In this document: positions 1 to 9,583 of the stretch, piece by piece
How the letters are laid out: the number at the start of each line of letters is the position of its first letter
How positions within the stretch are numbered: the first letter of the stretch is position 1
DNA from: Planctomycetota bacterium
GTDB lineage: Bacteria; Planctomycetota; UBA1135; UBA2386
Direction: 5' to 3'
DNA: 64,000 bases
Assembly (NCBI GenBank): GCA_046290465.1
Contig: JBKAGP010000001.1
Coordinates: forward strand, 4,864,001 to 4,928,000
Notes under the pieces: model-generated
Databases searched by the model: none
Seen by the model: the letters and a program-made list of their open reading frames with translations, nothing else
Told to the model about the DNA's origin: nothing
Program-made: the position numbers and the translations under genes

Positions 1-3000
1 CCGGCAGCGAACTGCTGCGCCGCGTGCGCCACCAGGACGTCGACGAACGCATGCCGCCGGCGTCGGCCAACAAGCCGCTCGATGCGGCGCAGGTCGACAC
101 GCTGGTCCGCTGGGTCGAGCAGGGGGCGCCGTGGGCCGAGCACTGGTCGTTCGTGACGCCGCGGCAGGTCGCGGTGCCGCAGGTGCAGCACGCCGAGTGG
201 CCGCGCAACGAGATCGACCACTTCGTGCTGGCGCGGCTCGAGCGCGACGGCCTGCGCCCGTCGCCCGAGGCCGACCGGCGCGCGTTGCTGCGCCGGGTCA
301 CGCTCGACCTGACCGGCCTGCCGCCGACGCTCGACGAGCTGCGCGCGTTTGCCGCGGATGCATCCCCGGACGCCTACGAACGGGCCGTCGACCGGCTGCT
401 GCGCACCGACGCGCACGCCGAGCACATGGCGCGGTTCTGGCTCGACGCGGCGCGCTACGGCGACACCCACGGCCTGCACCTCGACAACTACCGCGAGATG
501 TGGCCGTTCCGCGACTGGGTCGTCGGCGCCTTTCGGGACAACCTCGGCTACGACCGGTTCGTGGTCGAGCAGCTCGCCGGCGACCTGCTGCCGGATGCGA
601 GCGTGGCGCAGCGCGTCGCGTCCGGGTTCAACCGTTGCCACATCACGACCAACGAGGGCGGCTCGATCACCGAGGAGGTCTACGTGCGCAACGTGATCGA
701 CCGGGTGAGCACGACCGGCACGGTGTTCCTCGGGTTGACGCTCGGCTGCGCGGTCTGCCACGACCACAAGTTCGACCCGATCAGCCAGCGCGAGTTCTAC
801 GAGATGTTCGCGTTCTTCAACAACGTCGACGGCAGCCCGCTCGACGGCAACCGCAAGGACTACGCGCCGCTGGTGCGGCTGCCGTCCGAACAGCAGAGGC
901 AGGCGCTCGCGGAGCTGCGCGAGCAGGTCGTCGGCCTCGACGCGCGCATCGCGAAGCAGCTCGCGGCGATCGACTACGTCGAGCCGGCGGCCCCGGCCGA
1001 GGCCGCCGACTGCGGCGAACGGCGCACCATCGTGTGGATCGACGACGCGCTGCCGAGCGGCGCCGAGGTCGACCAGAATCCGTTCGTGTGGACCGACGAC
1101 GCGGACCTCGTGCGCACGGGGCGGCGCGCCATCGAGCGGGTCAGCAGCGGCAACCAGCAGAGCTACTTCCGCAGCGCCGACGTCAAGCTGCGCGTGGCGG
1201 CGGGCGACGTGCTGTTTGCGTGGGTGCGGCTCGATCCCGCCAACCCGCCGCGGCAGATCATGCTGCAGTGGAACGACGACGGTGCCGCCGGCTGGGACCA
1301 CCGCGCCTACTGGGGCGAGAACCTGATCCCGTACGGCAAGGACGGCACGACCGGTCGGCGTCGCATCGGCGATCTGCCCAAGGCCGGCGAGTGGGTGCGC
1401 CTCGAGGTGCCGGTCGCCAAGGTCGGGCTGCGTCCCGGCATGGCCGTGCACGGCGTCGCGGTGACGCAGTTCGACGGCCGCAGCCACTGGGACGAGGTCG
1501 GCATCGAGTCGACCAGCGACCAGGCGGCGGTCGACTTTGCGTGGATCGACGACGCCGCGCCCGAGGGCGCCAGCCTGCAGGGCAACGGTCGGACCTGGCG
1601 CTGGGTCGAGGGTGGCAAGCAGGGCGCGCCGAAGGCTCACTCCGGCAGCCGCGTGCTGCGCCGCAAGGGCCGCGGCCTGATCCAGGACTTCTTCAACGGA
1701 GCGTCGGTGCCGCTCAGGCTGCAGCACGACGACAAGCTGTTCGCGCACGTCTGGCTCGATCCCGAAGATCCGCCGCGCGCGATCCAGCTGCAGTTCCACT
1801 CGGGTGGTTGGGACCACCGCGTGCGTTGGGGCGCCGAGGCGCACGGTCCGGGCCGGCCCAACGGCGCCGACCACCGCGCTGGCGACGTGCCCGAGGCCGG
1901 CCGCTGGGTGCGGCTCGAGGTCGACATCGACAAGGTCGGCCTGCGCGTCGGCGACGTGATCGACGGCTGGGCGTTCACGCAGGTCGACGGCACGGTCTAC
2001 TGGGACGACGCCGGCGTGAGGACCTACGGGCCGCCCGACGACCGGCACCTCTACTCGATGCTCGCGTGGGAGGACATCGGCCGCAACGCGAGCACCACGC
2101 CGAAGCCCGTGCGCGACGCGCTCGCGATCGAGCGCGGCAAGCGCAGCGAGGCGCAGCAGGCGCGCATCCGCGAGCACTACCTGCGCCGCGTGCACGTTCC
2201 GTCGCAGCAGCTGTTCGTGCCGCTCGACCAGGAGCGCGCGCAGCTCGAGCAGCAGCAGAAGGCGATCGAGGGCAAGATCCCGTCGACGATGGTCATGAAG
2301 GAGCGCGCCGCCAGCAAGGACGCGTTCGTGCTGGTGCGAGGGCTCTACGACCAGAAGGGCGACAAGGTCGAGCGGCGCACGCCGGCGGCGCTGCCGCCGA
2401 TGGCCGAAGAGCTGCCACGCGATCGCCTCGGTCTGGCGCGGTGGCTGACCGATCCCAAGCACCCGCTGACCGCGCGCGTCGCGGTCAACCGCTTCTGGCA
2501 ACAGCTGTTCGGCACCGGCATCGTCAGGACCAGCGAGGACTTCGGCAACCAGGGCGAACGCCCGAGCCACCCGCTGCTGCTCGACTGGCTGGCGGTGCGG
2601 TTCGTCGAGGACGGTTGGGACGTGCGCGCGCTGATGAAGCGCATGGTGATGTCGTCGACCTACCGCCAGTCGGCCGAGGTCGGGGACGAGCTGCTGGGGC
2701 GCGACCCGGACAACCGCCTGCTGGCGCGTGGCGCGCGCTTCCGGCTCGACGGCGAGACGCTGCGCGACCAGGCGCTGATGCTCGCGGGCCTGTTGGTGCG
2801 CGACGTCGGCGGGCCACCGGTCAAGCCGCCGCAGCCCAAGGGGCTGTGGAAGGCGGTCGGCTACTCGAGCTCGAACACCGCCAACTTCCGTGCGGACCAG
2901 GGGCACGACAAGGTGCACCGGCGCAGCCTCTACACGTTCTGGAAGCGCACCGCGCCGCCGCCGCAGATGACGACGTTCGACGCGCCGAGCCGCGAGGAGT

Positions 3001-3374
3001 GTCGCGTTCGCCGGGAGCGCACCAACACGCCGATGCAGGCGCTGCTGCTGATGAACGACCCGCAGTACGTCGAGGCGGCGCGCTGCTTCGCCCAGCGCAT
3101 CCTGCGCGAGGGCGGCGGCGGCGACGTCGCCCGGATCCGCTGGGCGCTCGAGTGCGCGACCGGCCAGGAGCCGAAGGCCGACGACGTGCGGGACGTGCGC
3201 GCGCTGCTCGGCAACGAACGGGTGGCGTTCGCTTCGTCGCCCGACGACGCCAGGCTGCTGGTGTCGATCGGCGTCGACGCTCCGAGCGACGAAGTCGCGG
3301 TCGCCGAACTGGCGGCCTGGACGATGGTCGCCAACCTGATCCTCAACCTCGACGCGGTGCTGACCAAGGGCTGA
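1..3374 (+). CDS. Planctomycete DUF1549/DUF1553 (PSCyt2/PSD1) cytochrome-c-associated protein, 5' end outside the window
   Basis: The frame is open from position 3. Motifs: RMPP...WVEQGA (end of planctomycete cytochrome c domain), [66 protein letters not shown]. Confidence 0.92.
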   Translation, partial: GSELLRRVRHQDVDERMPPASANKPLDAAQVDTLVRWVEQGAPWAEHWSFVTPRQVAVPQVQHAEWPRNEIDHFVLARLERDGLRPSPEADRRALLRRVTLDLTGLPPTLDELRAFAADASPDAYERAVDRLLRTDAHAEHMARFWLDAARYGDTHGLHLDNYREMWPFRDWVVGAFRDNLGYDRFVVEQLAGDLLPDASVAQRVASGFNRCHITTNEGGSITEEVYVRNVIDRVSTTGTVFLGLTLGCAVCHDHKFDPISQREFYEMFAFFNNVDGSPLDGNRKDYAPLVRLPSEQQRQALAELREQVVGLDARIAKQLAAIDYVEPAAPAEAADCGERRTIVWIDDALPSGAEVDQNPFVWTDDADLVRTGRRAIERVSSGNQQSYFRSADVKLRVAAGDVLFAWVRLDPANPPRQIMLQWNDDGAAGWDHRAYWGENLIPYGKDGTTGRRRIGDLPKAGEWVRLEVPVAKVGLRPGMAVHGVAVTQFDGRSHWDEVGIESTSDQAAVDFAWIDDAAPEGASLQGNGRTWRWVEGGKQGAPKAHSGSRVLRRKGRGLIQDFFNGASVPLRLQHDDKLFAHVWLDPEDPPRAIQLQFHSGGWDHRVRWGAEAHGPGRPNGADHRAGDVPEAGRWVRLEVDIDKVGLRVGDVIDGWAFTQVDGTVYWDDAGVRTYGPPDDRHLYSMLAWEDIGRNASTTPKPVRDALAIERGKRSEAQQARIREHYLRRVHVPSQQLFVPLDQERAQLEQQQKAIEGKIPSTMVMKERAASKDAFVLVRGLYDQKGDKVERRTPAALPPMAEELPRDRLGLARWLTDPKHPLTARVAVNRFWQQLFGTGIVRTSEDFGNQGERPSHPLLLDWLAVRFVEDGWDVRALMKRMVMSSTYRQSAEVGDELLGRDPDNRLLARGARFRLDGETLRDQALMLAGLLVRDVGGPPVKPPQPKGLWKAVGYSSSNTANFRADQGHDKVHRRSLYTFWKRTAPPPQMTTFDAPSREECRVRRERTNTPMQALLLMNDPQYVEAARCFAQRILREGGGGDVARIRWALECATGQEPKADDVRDVRALLGNERVAFASSPDDARLLVSIGVDAPSDEVAVAELAAWTMVANLILNLDAVLTKG

Positions 3375-3378
3375 TCCG

Positions 3379-4845
3379 ATGGACCCACGCAACGAACTCG
3401 TCGACGCGATGACGCGTCGCCACTTCTTCCAGCGCGGCGGTCTCGGCCTTGGCGGTGCCGCGCTCGCTTCGATGATGGGGCGGTCGGCGTCGGCGGCGCA
3501 GCCCGGGGATCCACGCGGCGGCCTCCCCGACGTGCCGCACTTCGCGCCGAAGGCCAAGCGCGCGATCTGGCTGTTCATGGCCGGAGCGCCGTCGCAGCTC
3601 GACACGTTCGACTACAAGCCGAAGCTGCACGACCTGTTCGATACCGACCTGCCGGAGTCGATCCGCAACGGCCAGCGGCTGACGACGATGACGTCCGGGC
3701 AGAAGCGCTTCCCGATCGCGCCGTCGAAGTATCGCTTCACCAGGACCGACAACGGCGGCGATGGCGCGTGGGTGTCGGAGCTGCTGCCCTACACCGCGTC
3801 GATGACCAAGGACCTGGCGATCGTCAAGTCGGTCTACACCGAGGCGATCAACCACGACCCCGCGATCACGTTCATCACCACCGGGCGCGAACTGCCCGGT
3901 CGGCCGAGCCTCGGCTCGTGGCTGAGCTACGGCCTCGGCTCGGAGAATCGCGACCTGCCGGGCTTCGTCGTGATGACGCCGCGATGGAGCGGCCGCCGCG
4001 ACGCGCAGGCGCTCTACAACCGGCTGTGGGGTGCGGGCATGCTGCCGAGCCGCCACGCCGGCGTCGCGCTGCGACCCGAGGGCGACCCGGTGCTGTTCTT
4101 GCAGAACCCGCGCGGCGTGCACGCCGCGTCGCGTCGGCGCATGCTCGACGCGCTCGGTCGCATCAACGAACGGCTGCACGCCGAGGTCGGCGACCCGGAG
4201 ATCCGCACGCGGATTTCGCAGTACGAGCTGGCCTACCGGATGCAGACCTCCGTGCCCGAGCTCAACGATCTCGGCAGCGAGCCGGACAGCACGTTTGCCA
4301 TGTATGGCGAAGAGGCGCGCAAGCCCGGCACGTTTGCGGCGTCGTGCCTGCTGGCGCGGCGCATGATCGAGCGCGGCGTGCGCTTCGTGCAGTTGTTCCA
4401 CCGCGGTTGGGACCAGCACGGCAACCTGGCCGGCGACCTGCCCAAGCAGTGCCGCGACATCGACCAGGCCAGCTGGGCGCTGGTGCAGGACCTCAAGCAG
4501 CGCGGCATGCTCGACGACACGCTGGTCATCTGGGGCGGTGAGTTCGGGCGAACGGTCTACTGCCAGGGTCGCCTGACGCGCGAGAACTACGGCCGCGACC
4601 ACCACCCGCGCTGCTTCTCGATGTGGATGGCCGGCGGCGGCATCCGCGGCGGGCAGGTCTACGGCGAGACCGACGACTTCAGCTACAACGTCGTCGACAA
4701 GCCGATGCACATCCGCGACCTCAACGCGACGATCCTGCACTGCCTCGGCATCGACCACGAACGGCTGACCGTGCCGCACCAGGGGCTCGACGTGAAGTTG
4801 ACCGGCGTGGAGCCGGCCCGGGCCGTGCGCGAGCTGCTGGCGTAG
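3379..4845 (+). CDS. DUF1501 family (sulfatase-like) protein with Tat-like signal
   Basis: TRRHFF twin-arginine N-terminus; motifs [41 protein letters not shown]. Canonical partner directly downstream of a DUF1549/1553 gene. Confidence 0.92.
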   Translation: MDPRNELVDAMTRRHFFQRGGLGLGGAALASMMGRSASAAQPGDPRGGLPDVPHFAPKAKRAIWLFMAGAPSQLDTFDYKPKLHDLFDTDLPESIRNGQRLTTMTSGQKRFPIAPSKYRFTRTDNGGDGAWVSELLPYTASMTKDLAIVKSVYTEAINHDPAITFITTGRELPGRPSLGSWLSYGLGSENRDLPGFVVMTPRWSGRRDAQALYNRLWGAGMLPSRHAGVALRPEGDPVLFLQNPRGVHAASRRRMLDALGRINERLHAEVGDPEIRTRISQYELAYRMQTSVPELNDLGSEPDSTFAMYGEEARKPGTFAASCLLARRMIERGVRFVQLFHRGWDQHGNLAGDLPKQCRDIDQASWALVQDLKQRGMLDDTLVIWGGEFGRTVYCQGRLTRENYGRDHHPRCFSMWMAGGGIRGGQVYGETDDFSYNVVDKPMHIRDLNATILHCLGIDHERLTVPHQGLDVKLTGVEPARAVRELLA

Positions 4846-4891
4846 CCGGGATTCTGCGCAATAGTCTCTGGGCCGCACCGAACGGCCCGGG

Positions 4892-5383
4892 ATGAAGCGC
4901 ACCCTCGCCTACCTCCTCGCCGCTGCCGGCGGTGCCGCCGCCTGGGTGGTTGCCTGCCGAACGACCGGTCAGGCCGAGGCTTGGGACGATGTCTTCTACC
5001 TCCAGCGGGCTCTGCCCGCCCTCGGCGGCTTCGCGCTCCTGCTGGGATTCTGGCTGCGCGAACGCGTCGGCATGCTCGGCATCGCCGCGAGCGTCGGGCA
5101 GATCGCCGGCCTCGCGGTCACCCGCGGCCAGCACGAGATGTGGCCCGTCGACCTCGCGATCCTCTCCGCCCAGGCCGTTCCGTTCGGGATCTGCGCGTGG
5201 CTGGGCAGCGGCGCCCGCCGCCTGCTCGGCGGCACCTTCCGCGTTGCGGGCAAGGGAGTGCGGGTCGCAACCTGGCCGGCGCGTCGCCTGCTCGCGGGCC
5301 ATCGCAAGAGCCACCCGACGCCGCCCGAGCTGCCGACGTCGCGACGCGATGATCATCCGGCTGCGCGGCGCATGTTCATCTGA
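4892..5383 (+). CDS. Hypothetical small membrane protein
   Basis: 163-aa ORF with 3-4 hydrophobic segments and host-like codon usage. Confidence 0.6.
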   Translation: MKRTLAYLLAAAGGAAAWVVACRTTGQAEAWDDVFYLQRALPALGGFALLLGFWLRERVGMLGIAASVGQIAGLAVTRGQHEMWPVDLAILSAQAVPFGICAWLGSGARRLLGGTFRVAGKGVRVATWPARRLLAGHRKSHPTPPELPTSRRDDHPAARRMFI

Positions 5384-5439
5384 CTCGAGGTGAGAGGGGC
5401 GGACTCTGACGAACCCGTCCATGTAGCCCGCTCCACCAG

Positions 5440-5634
5440 AAGGAGAAGCAGACCGACCCATGACGCAGCTGGCCGGCCCTCGGTCCCATGATCGTCGGAC
5501 TGGACGTGGCGACCGGACGACGGATCTCCATGATCTGCACGCGAAATCCGTGCACCCGACTCGTTCGCCGATGGCGGCCAGTTCTCTGTCAGCGGCAGTG
5601 CCCCCGGCGGGCCGACGTCGTGATCGAGGCATAG
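5440..5634 (+). pseudogene. Possible decayed IS110-family transposase N-terminal remnant
   Basis: AGGAG at 5441 and ATG at 5460. MIVGLDV (5488) joins GDRTTDL through a 1-bp shift to give GLDVGDRT, and VVIEA follows about 40 codons later. This resembles the first two acidic motifs of the IS110 DEDD domain. Frameshifted and truncated. Confidence 0.3.
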
Positions 5635-5727
5635 AAGGCTGGAGCTCCCGACATGCTGGCCAGCGCTCCCCACCGGACCGAGCAAGCTCACGCCGCGCGC
5701 GCGCGGTTCCGAGCGCCCCGGCGCCCG

Positions 5728-5926
5728 CTCCGCCACGGTTGGGATCGCCCACGAAGTCGATCCGACAACTCGCTCGATGGATTACGGCAGTGTCCAGGTC
5801 GCGCTACCCAGCCCACTCCACGGTCGCGGTGCCGTGTGCGTCCGAAGCCTGCTCAAGCGCGTCGACGATGACGACCCGGGATTAGACAGACCTGTCGAAC
5901 CTCCTGACCAGAATTGGGATCAGTAG
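5728..5926 (+). pseudogene. Possible eroded 3' end of an integron integrase (inverted-orientation intI)
   Basis: LRH at 5728. A 49-codon frame (5777-5926) reads DYGSVQVAL...HGRGAVCVRSLLK, reminiscent of the IntI C-terminus DIRTVQELL...NRGxxGVRSPLD. Weak similarity, but it lies just upstream of the attI-like site. Confidence 0.25.
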
Positions 5927-5945
5927 GTGGGGGTGTTGGGGCGGG

Positions 5946-5973
5946 TTGCGGCGATGGGGGTGCGGGATAGCAT
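5946..5973 (+). promoter_or_regulatory. Candidate cassette promoter (Pc-like)
   Basis: TTGCGG-N16-TAGCAT about 40 bp upstream of the first crossover GTT, oriented into the array. Confidence 0.3.
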
Positions 5974-6004
5974 GACCGGCGGTGGTGGCGGGATTCGGTT
6001 CGCT

Positions 6005-6022
6005 GCCTAAGACTAGTTGGGC
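6005..6022 (+). other. attI-like integron primary recombination site
   Basis: GCCTAAGACTAG/TTGGGC resembles attI1 (CCCTAAAACAAAG/TTRRRY). GTTGGGCGG (6016-6024) is the exact reverse complement of CCGCCCAAC ending cassette 1. No attC hairpin precedes it. Confidence 0.6.
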
Positions 6023-6047
6023 GGACGCCGAATCTGCGCCCTTGACC

Positions 6048-6056
6048 TGCTAGACT
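6048..6056 (+). promoter_or_regulatory. Candidate extended -10 promoter inside cassette 1
   Basis: TG-C-TAGACT just upstream of the cassette 1 ORF. Confidence 0.3.
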
Positions 6057-6065
6057 TCCCTTCGA

Positions 6066-7373
6066 TTGGAGGACCCCGTAGTCGTTGCCCGCATGGAGGA
6101 ATCCGCTGCCGAGCTAGAGTCGATCGCTGAAACGTTGCAGCAGTTGGTCGACCGGTGTGAATCGTCCGAGGGCTGGAAGATGCTCGACGCGGTCGAGGAA
6201 TCTGCCAGTGATGTCGGGAGGTCTTGGAGCGGCTCGTGGCTGGGTTATCACTCCTGTGTTTACTACCGAGACCTGCAGCCGCCCCACGCGGGCCATCACT
6301 TCAGTAGTGAGTGGGGCCTGCAGGACACCATGATCCAGTACACGATTGGTCCATGGCAGGAATACAAGCCCGAGGACGTAGAGCAGGCGGTTTTCACCAA
6401 GGCCGGAAACCCGAAGCTAGACGACGCCCGTGAAATGGCTGATGCCCACGGCCGCGCTTTTGATCACGAGCAAGCAAAGGTTGTCTCGATCCTGGAGCTG
6501 GAGTCCTCAGGAGCCGAGAGCGATTCGCTCAAATCATTCCTGGCGGATGCCAGGAAGCTCGCAGTGCCTAAGCCAAATGACTTCGTCGCCTACATGCGTC
6601 CAGCTGGTCAGTTGATGTCCCGTGATAGTCTCGCTGCGACGCAGGGCGTGAAGACTCCACCGCACTTGAAGATCATTGCTCAGGTGATGGCGACCCGAGG
6701 GGCTAGTGAGGTATGCGGCGAGCTTGCAGCGATCTGCAAGAAGGCCGCAGCGCATCTGCACCGACTCGCAATCAAGCGACAGTCCGCAGGAGGCGCAGGT
6801 GAGCCCGAGTCCAAGGAACCACGTGCGGATGCCAGCAAGATGACGATCAGCGAGCTCGTAGGAGGGCTCCGACCGGCACATCTGTGGAAAGTAGTTGCAG
6901 CGCTCCTAGGGCTGCTTGGTGGGGCCTTTACCTTGGGATATAAAACACATGGAATCATCGGTGACGAAGCAGGTGCCGAGAGCAAACCGGGTCTGGCCGA
7001 GGGGGCACATGCCGAATCGCGGCCGAGCGATACACCCGGCGACAGCGCTGTGCTTGAGCTTGAGCATCGTTGCCACTGGATACGGACGCATGTGCTTGCC
7101 GACAATCTTACTGTGAAGCAAGCATGGGAGGCGCAGCGGGCGCTCGATGGAGGAGGTGGCTCCTTCCGAGCGGCAGATGATCAATATCGCGATCGCAACA
7201 TAGAGGCGGTCACGCGCGAGCGTTCCAATAGGGACCTGTTGTCAGCCATTACCACCCTTCGGCGCCTACTTTCGGAGGTGCCTGAATCTTCTCGGGATGG
7301 GCAGCTTGTGGAGCCTGTGTTGGCAGGCAAGATCCGGACGGCGGCAAGTTGCTTGCCGGGGCCGCCCAACTAG
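6066..7373 (+). CDS. Cassette 1: hypothetical protein with a conserved N-terminal domain (WSGSWLGYHS..YY) plus a transmembrane segment
   Basis: 435-aa ORF (alternative ATG at 6093) whose stop abuts attC1. Hydrophobic segment LWKVVAALLGLLGGAFTLGY. Confidence 0.8.
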   Translation: MEDPVVVARMEESAAELESIAETLQQLVDRCESSEGWKMLDAVEESASDVGRSWSGSWLGYHSCVYYRDLQPPHAGHHFSSEWGLQDTMIQYTIGPWQEYKPEDVEQAVFTKAGNPKLDDAREMADAHGRAFDHEQAKVVSILELESSGAESDSLKSFLADARKLAVPKPNDFVAYMRPAGQLMSRDSLAATQGVKTPPHLKIIAQVMATRGASEVCGELAAICKKAAAHLHRLAIKRQSAGGAGEPESKEPRADASKMTISELVGGLRPAHLWKVVAALLGLLGGAFTLGYKTHGIIGDEAGAESKPGLAEGAHAESRPSDTPGDSAVLELEHRCHWIRTHVLADNLTVKQAWEAQRALDGGGGSFRAADDQYRDRNIEAVTRERSNRDLLSAITTLRRLLSEVPESSRDGQLVEPVLAGKIRTAASCLPGPPN

Positions 7374-7427
7374 ACACAGGAGCTGACGACGCTTCGCGTC
7401 GCAGCTCAGTGCCCAAAGACGTTAGAC
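7364..7427 (+). repeat. attC site 1 (64 bp)
   Basis: GCCCAAC-TAGAC-ACAGGAGC-TGAC-GAC-GCTTCGC-GTC-GCA-GCTCAGT-GCCCAAAGAC-GTTAGAC. Confidence 0.93.
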
Positions 7428-7730
7428 GAGCCTGCCTGCCGCACTCGCGGCTGGCGAGCAGCACATGCCAAGGTTCGCGTGGTAGGCGGCGTGGCTAGCA
7501 AGCGGTCGATGGCTTCGACAGCACAGTCGCCGTTCACCGGCGTGGCAGCGAGGTCGTGGCATCCACGGGCAACGCATCCGAGTGCAGCGACGAGGCAGAG
7601 CCGGTTGAGGCGGCAGGCCGATCAGAGCAGCCACAGGCAGTTGACGAGGGCCTGCCGAGCACCAGAATGGTCGTCTAACTCGTCGCAGGAGCTGACAGCG
7701 CTTCGCGCTGCAGCTCAGCGACCGGAGACG
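7422..7730 (+). mobile_element. Cassette 2: ORF-less cassette, copy A
   Basis: 309 bp between crossovers. Near-identical to 8145-8452. No RBS-led ORF is conserved between the two copies. Confidence 0.85.
7641..7668 (+). promoter_or_regulatory. Candidate sigma70-type promoter in ORF-less cassette A
   Basis: TTGACG-N16-CAGAAT immediately before the attC, pointing at the next cassette. Confidence 0.4.
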
Positions 7731-7736
7731 TTGGAC
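7673..7736 (+). repeat. attC site 2 (64 bp)
   Basis: GTCTAAC...AGC-GCTTCGC-GCT...GACCGGAGAC-GTTGGAC. Confidence 0.93.
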
Positions 7737-7754
7737 GGACCGTTGTCGACCCCC

Positions 7755-8096
7755 GTGGATGTCCGTGTTGAAGCACTCCGGGATCTCATCCAGTGCCGGC
7801 GGCCCGTCTCCTCAGCTGTCGATCGGATTGCAAGGTTCGACTTCGCGTGTGCGGGGGAGTTGGTGTCACTTGAGGTTGCTCATGTTCGCGCTGTTTTGGG
7901 TCGCTTCGTTGCGGGCGAGCTGTCTGCAGTAGATGTCGCCGACTGGGCGAGCGCGCTTGAGGGGCGCGAGGATGTTGCGTACTCCCAGCGGGTAGCGGAT
8001 GCGCTTTTCGTGCTGTCTGCACCGGGGATCAACGGTGCGCTGACTCGTTCAGTGGCGCTCGAGATGATGGCTGGCTACGATAGGCCGTCCAACTAG
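7755..8096 (+). CDS. Cassette 3: hypothetical protein (~113 aa)
   Basis: GTG at 7755 is the first plausible start inside the cassette, in the frame of the 7479..8096 ORF. The stop lies in attC3. Confidence 0.7.
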   Translation: MDVRVEALRDLIQCRRPVSSAVDRIARFDFACAGELVSLEVAHVRAVLGRFVAGELSAVDVADWASALEGREDVAYSQRVADALFVLSAPGINGALTRSVALEMMAGYDRPSN

Positions 8097-8150
8097 TCAC
8101 AGCAGCTGACGGGGCTTCGCCCCGCAGCTGAGTGACCAAAGACGTTAGAC
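8087..8150 (+). repeat. attC site 3 (64 bp)
   Basis: GTCCAAC...GGG-GCTTCGC-CCC...GACCAAAGAC-GTTAGAC. Confidence 0.93.
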
Positions 8151-8452
8151 GAGCCTGCCTGCCGCACTCGCGGCTGGCGAGCAGCACATGCCAAGGTTCG
8201 CGTGGCAGGCGGCGTGGCAAGCAAGCGGTCGATGGCTCGACAGCACAGTCGCCGTTCACCGGCGTGGCAGCGAGGTCGTGGCATCCACGGGCAACGCATC
8301 CGAGTGCAGCGACGAGGCAGAGCCGGTTGAGGCGGCAGGCCGATCAGAGCAGCCACAGGCAGTTGACGAGCGCCTGCCGAGCACCAGAATGGTCGTCTAA
8401 CTCGTCGCAGGAGCTGGCAGCGCTTCGCGCTGCAGCTCAGCGACCGGAGACG
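8145..8452 (+). mobile_element. Cassette 4: ORF-less cassette, copy B
   Basis: 308 bp. Differs from copy A at about 5 positions (4 substitutions, one 1-bp indel). Confidence 0.85.
8363..8390 (+). promoter_or_regulatory. Candidate sigma70-type promoter in ORF-less cassette B
   Basis: TTGACG-N16-CAGAAT, with both hexamers conserved relative to copy A. Confidence 0.4.
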
Positions 8453-8458
8453 TTAGCA
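8395..8458 (+). repeat. attC site 4 (64 bp)
   Basis: GTCTAAC...GCTTCGC...GACCGGAGAC-GTTAGCA. Confidence 0.93.
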
Positions 8459-8477
8459 AGACCGGGAGAGTCGTCGG

Positions 8478-9494
8478 ATGAGTGAGCTGCCATCGCTGGA
8501 TGAAGTCGTGCCCATCGATACGGATGAGACCGTGCACGCCTTGTTGGGCAACGGGTTCAGTCGGGCGTGCAGGGATGACATCTTTGCCTACGACGCTCTG
8601 TTCGAGCAGGCGGACTTCGCGGGGCTGTCTGTTCATGCTCGTGCGGCCTTCGCAACACTCAAGACGACGGACTTTGAGGCTGTGATGACCGCACTGCGTC
8701 ATGCGGCCGAGCTTGTTCGACTGTACGATCCAACGAACTCCGCGTTGTCGAAGCAGTTGCGAGAGGATGCCGATGGCCTGCGCGAGGTCCTTGTGCAGGC
8801 AATCGCAGGTAGCCACCCTGCGCGTCCCCACGAGATCCCCAGCGATTCGTACGAGCGGTGCCGACGTTTCCTCAGCCGTTTTAAGCGCATCTACACCGTC
8901 AATTACGATCTGCTCCTCTACTGGGCCTTGATGCAGTCGGAACTTGGGGAGGAGATCCCGTTTGATGATGGATTCCGTACTCCGGAATCCGGTCCGACGG
9001 ACTACGTGACCTGGGAGCCGTGGAAGAACCACAGCCAGACCGTGTACTACCTTCACGGTGGCCTGCACATCTTCGATGCCAAGTCGGAGGTGCAGAAGTA
9101 CACCTGGATCAACACCGGGGTTCCGTTGATCGATCAGATCCGTCAAGCACTAGAGGATGGCAAATACCCCTTGTTCGTTGCTGAGGGCGAAACTGCGCAG
9201 AAGCTGGCGCGTGTCCGCCACAGCGACTACCTTGCCCGAGCTCTCAAGAGCTTCGCCAACATCGGCGGGACTCTGGTCGTGTATGGGCATTCCTTCGCAA
9301 CCAACGACGACCACATCTTTGATCGGTTGGCCGGTAATCAAGTCCGCAGGCTTGTTGTTGGCATCTACGGCGATCCGGACTCCGCCGACAACAAGCGCAT
9401 TCGTCGTCGAGCTGAGATGCTCTCGGAGCGCCGTTCGGCCAAACGGTCTCTCGACGTGAGCTACTTCGATGCGGCTTCCGCTGAGGTGTGGTAG
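8478..9494 (+). CDS. Cassette 5: DUF4917 family / SIR2-like protein
   Basis: Motifs LLGNGFS, YTVNYDLLLYW, YYLHGGLH, PLFVAEG, LVVYGHSF..NDDHI are the sirtuin-like motif series. GGGAG RBS upstream. Confidence 0.85.
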   Translation: MSELPSLDEVVPIDTDETVHALLGNGFSRACRDDIFAYDALFEQADFAGLSVHARAAFATLKTTDFEAVMTALRHAAELVRLYDPTNSALSKQLREDADGLREVLVQAIAGSHPARPHEIPSDSYERCRRFLSRFKRIYTVNYDLLLYWALMQSELGEEIPFDDGFRTPESGPTDYVTWEPWKNHSQTVYYLHGGLHIFDAKSEVQKYTWINTGVPLIDQIRQALEDGKYPLFVAEGETAQKLARVRHSDYLARALKSFANIGGTLVVYGHSFATNDDHIFDRLAGNQVRRLVVGIYGDPDSADNKRIRRRAEMLSERRSAKRSLDVSYFDAASAEVW

Positions 9495-9503
9495 GCTCGG
9501 GCT

Positions 9504-9567
9504 TGCTAACTAGTCGCAGGAGCTGACAGCGCTTCGCGCTGCAGCTCAGCGACCAAAGACGTTGGAC
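9504..9567 (+). repeat. attC site 5 (64 bp)
   Basis: TGCTAAC (matches the cassette start GTTAGCAAG)...GCTTCGC...GACCAAAGAC-GTTGGAC. Confidence 0.93.
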
Positions 9568-9583
9568 AGGCCGTCGTCGAATC

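Noticed and set aside
131..3412. Long alternative-frame and antisense ORFs (e.g. 131..3412, 24825..28058 upstream part, 29462..32314, 32311..35553, 42247..45138, 48342..50408)
   Set aside because: These are Arg/Ala/Pro-rich shadows of real genes, caused by high GC3 and scarce stop codons; they have no motifs.
7479..7754. N-terminal extension of the 205-aa ORF 7479..8096, and ORF 8132..8485
   Set aside because: Both read through attC sites across cassette boundaries, so they are incidental open frames.
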